Sequence record: S69320.2
Strand: one strand, 5' to 3'
From: a phage
DNA: 347 bases
Shown: positions 1 to 347 of the stretch, one piece after another
Numbering within the stretch: position 1 is the stretch's first letter
How the letters are laid out: each line of letters starts with the position of its first letter
The notes under the pieces: generated by a model
Databases searched by the model: none
What the model was told of the DNA's origin: nothing
What the model saw: only the letters and a program-made list of their open reading frames with translations
Translations under genes and position numbers: made by a program

Positions 1-6
1 CATATG
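1..6. other. NdeI recognition site (CATATG) with the gene's ATG embedded at 4-6; engineered cloning junction
   Basis: Exact CATATG at 1-6 seen in the sequence. From memory, native Ff phage has ...TTCAATG here, so the CAT is most likely primer-introduced. The ATG in an NdeI site is the standard arrangement for T7/pET-type expression cloning. Confidence 0.8.
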
Positions 7-129
7 AATATTTATGACGATTCCGCAGTATTGACGCTATCCAGTCTAAACATTTTACTATTACCCCCTCTGGCAAAACTTCTTTTGCAAAAGCCTCTCG
101 CTATTTTGGTTTTTATCGTCGTCTGGTAA
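4..129 (+). CDS. ORF actually translatable from the engineered ATG: 41-aa aberrant product (10 native pX residues plus a 31-residue out-of-frame hydrophobic tail), stop TAA 127-129
   Basis: Direct codon-by-codon reading gives MNIYDDSAVL|TLSSLNILLLPPLAKLLLQKPLAILVFIVVW*. The tail is Leu/Ile/Val-rich because the phage sequence is T-rich and is being read out of frame. This is not a native gene product. Confidence 0.5.
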   Translation: MNIYDDSAVLTLSSLNILLLPPLAKLLLQKPLAILVFIVVW

Positions 130-305
130 ACGAGGGTTATGATAGTGTTGCTCTTACTATGCCTCGTAATTCCTTTTGGCGTTATGTATCTGCATTAGTT
201 GAATGTGGTATTCCTAAATCTCAACTGATGAATCTTTCTACCTGTAATAATGTTGTTCCGTTAGTTCGTTTTATTAACGTAGATTTTTCTTCCCAACGTC
301 CTGAC

Positions 306-314
306 TGGTATAAT
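306..314 (+). promoter_or_regulatory. Extended -10 promoter element (TGnTATAAT), likely the native Ff promoter serving gene V, embedded in the 3' end of the gene X coding sequence
   Basis: TGgTATAAT at 306-314 is a perfect extended -10 consensus. The -35 region at 17-nt spacing (TTTCTT, 286-291) is a poor match, which extended -10 promoters tolerate. Ff phages are known to carry a promoter just upstream of gene V, and gene V starts a few nt past this window in the native genome. The exact promoter assignment is from memory and was not verified. Confidence 0.45.
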
Positions 315-341
315 GAGCCAGTTCTTAAAATCGCATAAATC

Positions 342-347
342 GAATTC
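342..347. other. EcoRI recognition site (GAATTC) immediately downstream of the stop codon; engineered cloning junction
   Basis: Exact GAATTC at 342-347 seen in the sequence. Native Ff sequence after the gene II/X stop is recalled as GGTAATTCACAATG (gene V ribosome-binding site and start). Here it is replaced by ATCGAATTC, so the gene V translation initiation region is absent. Confidence 0.75.

Larger units (their letters stand above)
4..338 (+). pseudogene. X: Ff filamentous phage (M13/f1/fd) gene X, equivalent to the C-terminal domain of gene II replication protein, disrupted by a 1-nt deletion (frameshift) at about 33/34
   Basis: Frame 1 from ATG 4-6 reads MNIYDDSAVL (4-33). Frame 3 from 36 reads AIQSKHFTITPSGKTSFAKASRYFGFYRRLVNEGYDSVALTMPRNSFWRYVSALVECGIPKSQLMNLSTCNNVVPLVRFINVDFSSQRPDWYNEPVLKIA, then TAA at 336-338. 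Together these match my recollection of the 111-aa pX protein except for one missing Asp codon: the sequence has TTG-AC-GCT where TTG-GAC-GCT is expected. T-rich codon third positions are typical of Ff phage. Confidence 0.85.

Noticed and set aside
64-69. C-run (CCCCCT) as a possible slippery or phase-variable tract
   Set aside because: It is part of the native codons ACC-CCC-TCT (Thr-Pro-Ser) of pX, is too short for meaningful slippage, and the observed frameshift lies elsewhere (33/34).
4-129. Hydrophobic 41-aa peptide as a genuine small membrane protein or holin-like gene
   Set aside because: The hydrophobic stretch exists only in the shifted frame created by the 1-nt deletion. The overlapping native frame encodes the conserved pX sequence.
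139-198. Short ORF beginning ATG 139-141, preceded by GAGGG (132-136), ending TAG 196-198
   Set aside because: It is only 19 codons, lies out of frame inside the known pX coding sequence, and the SD-like motif is too close to the ATG (about 2 nt spacing). It is a chance ORF in T-rich sequence.
338-343. ClaI-like site ATCGA(A) just before EcoRI
   Set aside because: The sequence is ATCGAA, not ATCGAT. Only a TaqI TCGA core (340-343) is present, so it is likely primer filler rather than a designed site.
1-347. Window as a novel or undescribed biological system (defence system, toxin, new small protein)
   Set aside because: Apart from the engineered ends and one missing nucleotide, the sequence matches the well-known Ff phage gene II/X region. 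Nothing in it requires a new system.
1-347. Reverse-strand coding potential
   Set aside because: Ff phage genes are all encoded on the + (virion) strand and the + strand native frame accounts for the whole window. I could not identify any minus-strand ORF with a plausible start and ribosome-binding site by eye.

Overview
This 347-nt window is not a native genomic region and does not contain a novel system. It is an engineered cassette carrying gene X of an Ff filamentous coliphage (M13/f1/fd), which is identical to the 3' end of gene II, the replication initiator. The start codon sits inside an NdeI site (CATATG, 1-6) and an EcoRI site (GAATTC, 342-347) follows the stop codon, as in a typical NdeI/EcoRI expression-vector insert. 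The main observation is an apparent 1-nt deletion at 33/34: the first 10 codons (MNIYDDSAVL, 4-33) are in one frame and the remaining 100 codons of pX (AIQSKHF...EPVLKIA, 36-335, stop 336-338) are in the next frame, joined by a dinucleotide 'ac' where an Asp codon (GAC) is expected. As written, translation from the ATG ends at TAA 127-129 after 41 residues, so the gene is a frameshifted pseudogene or carries a synthesis/sequencing error. A perfect extended -10 element (TGgTATAAT, 306-314) lies near the 3' end, where the native gene V promoter is expected. All identifications rest on reading the sequence and on recalled knowledge of Ff phage; no database search was run.
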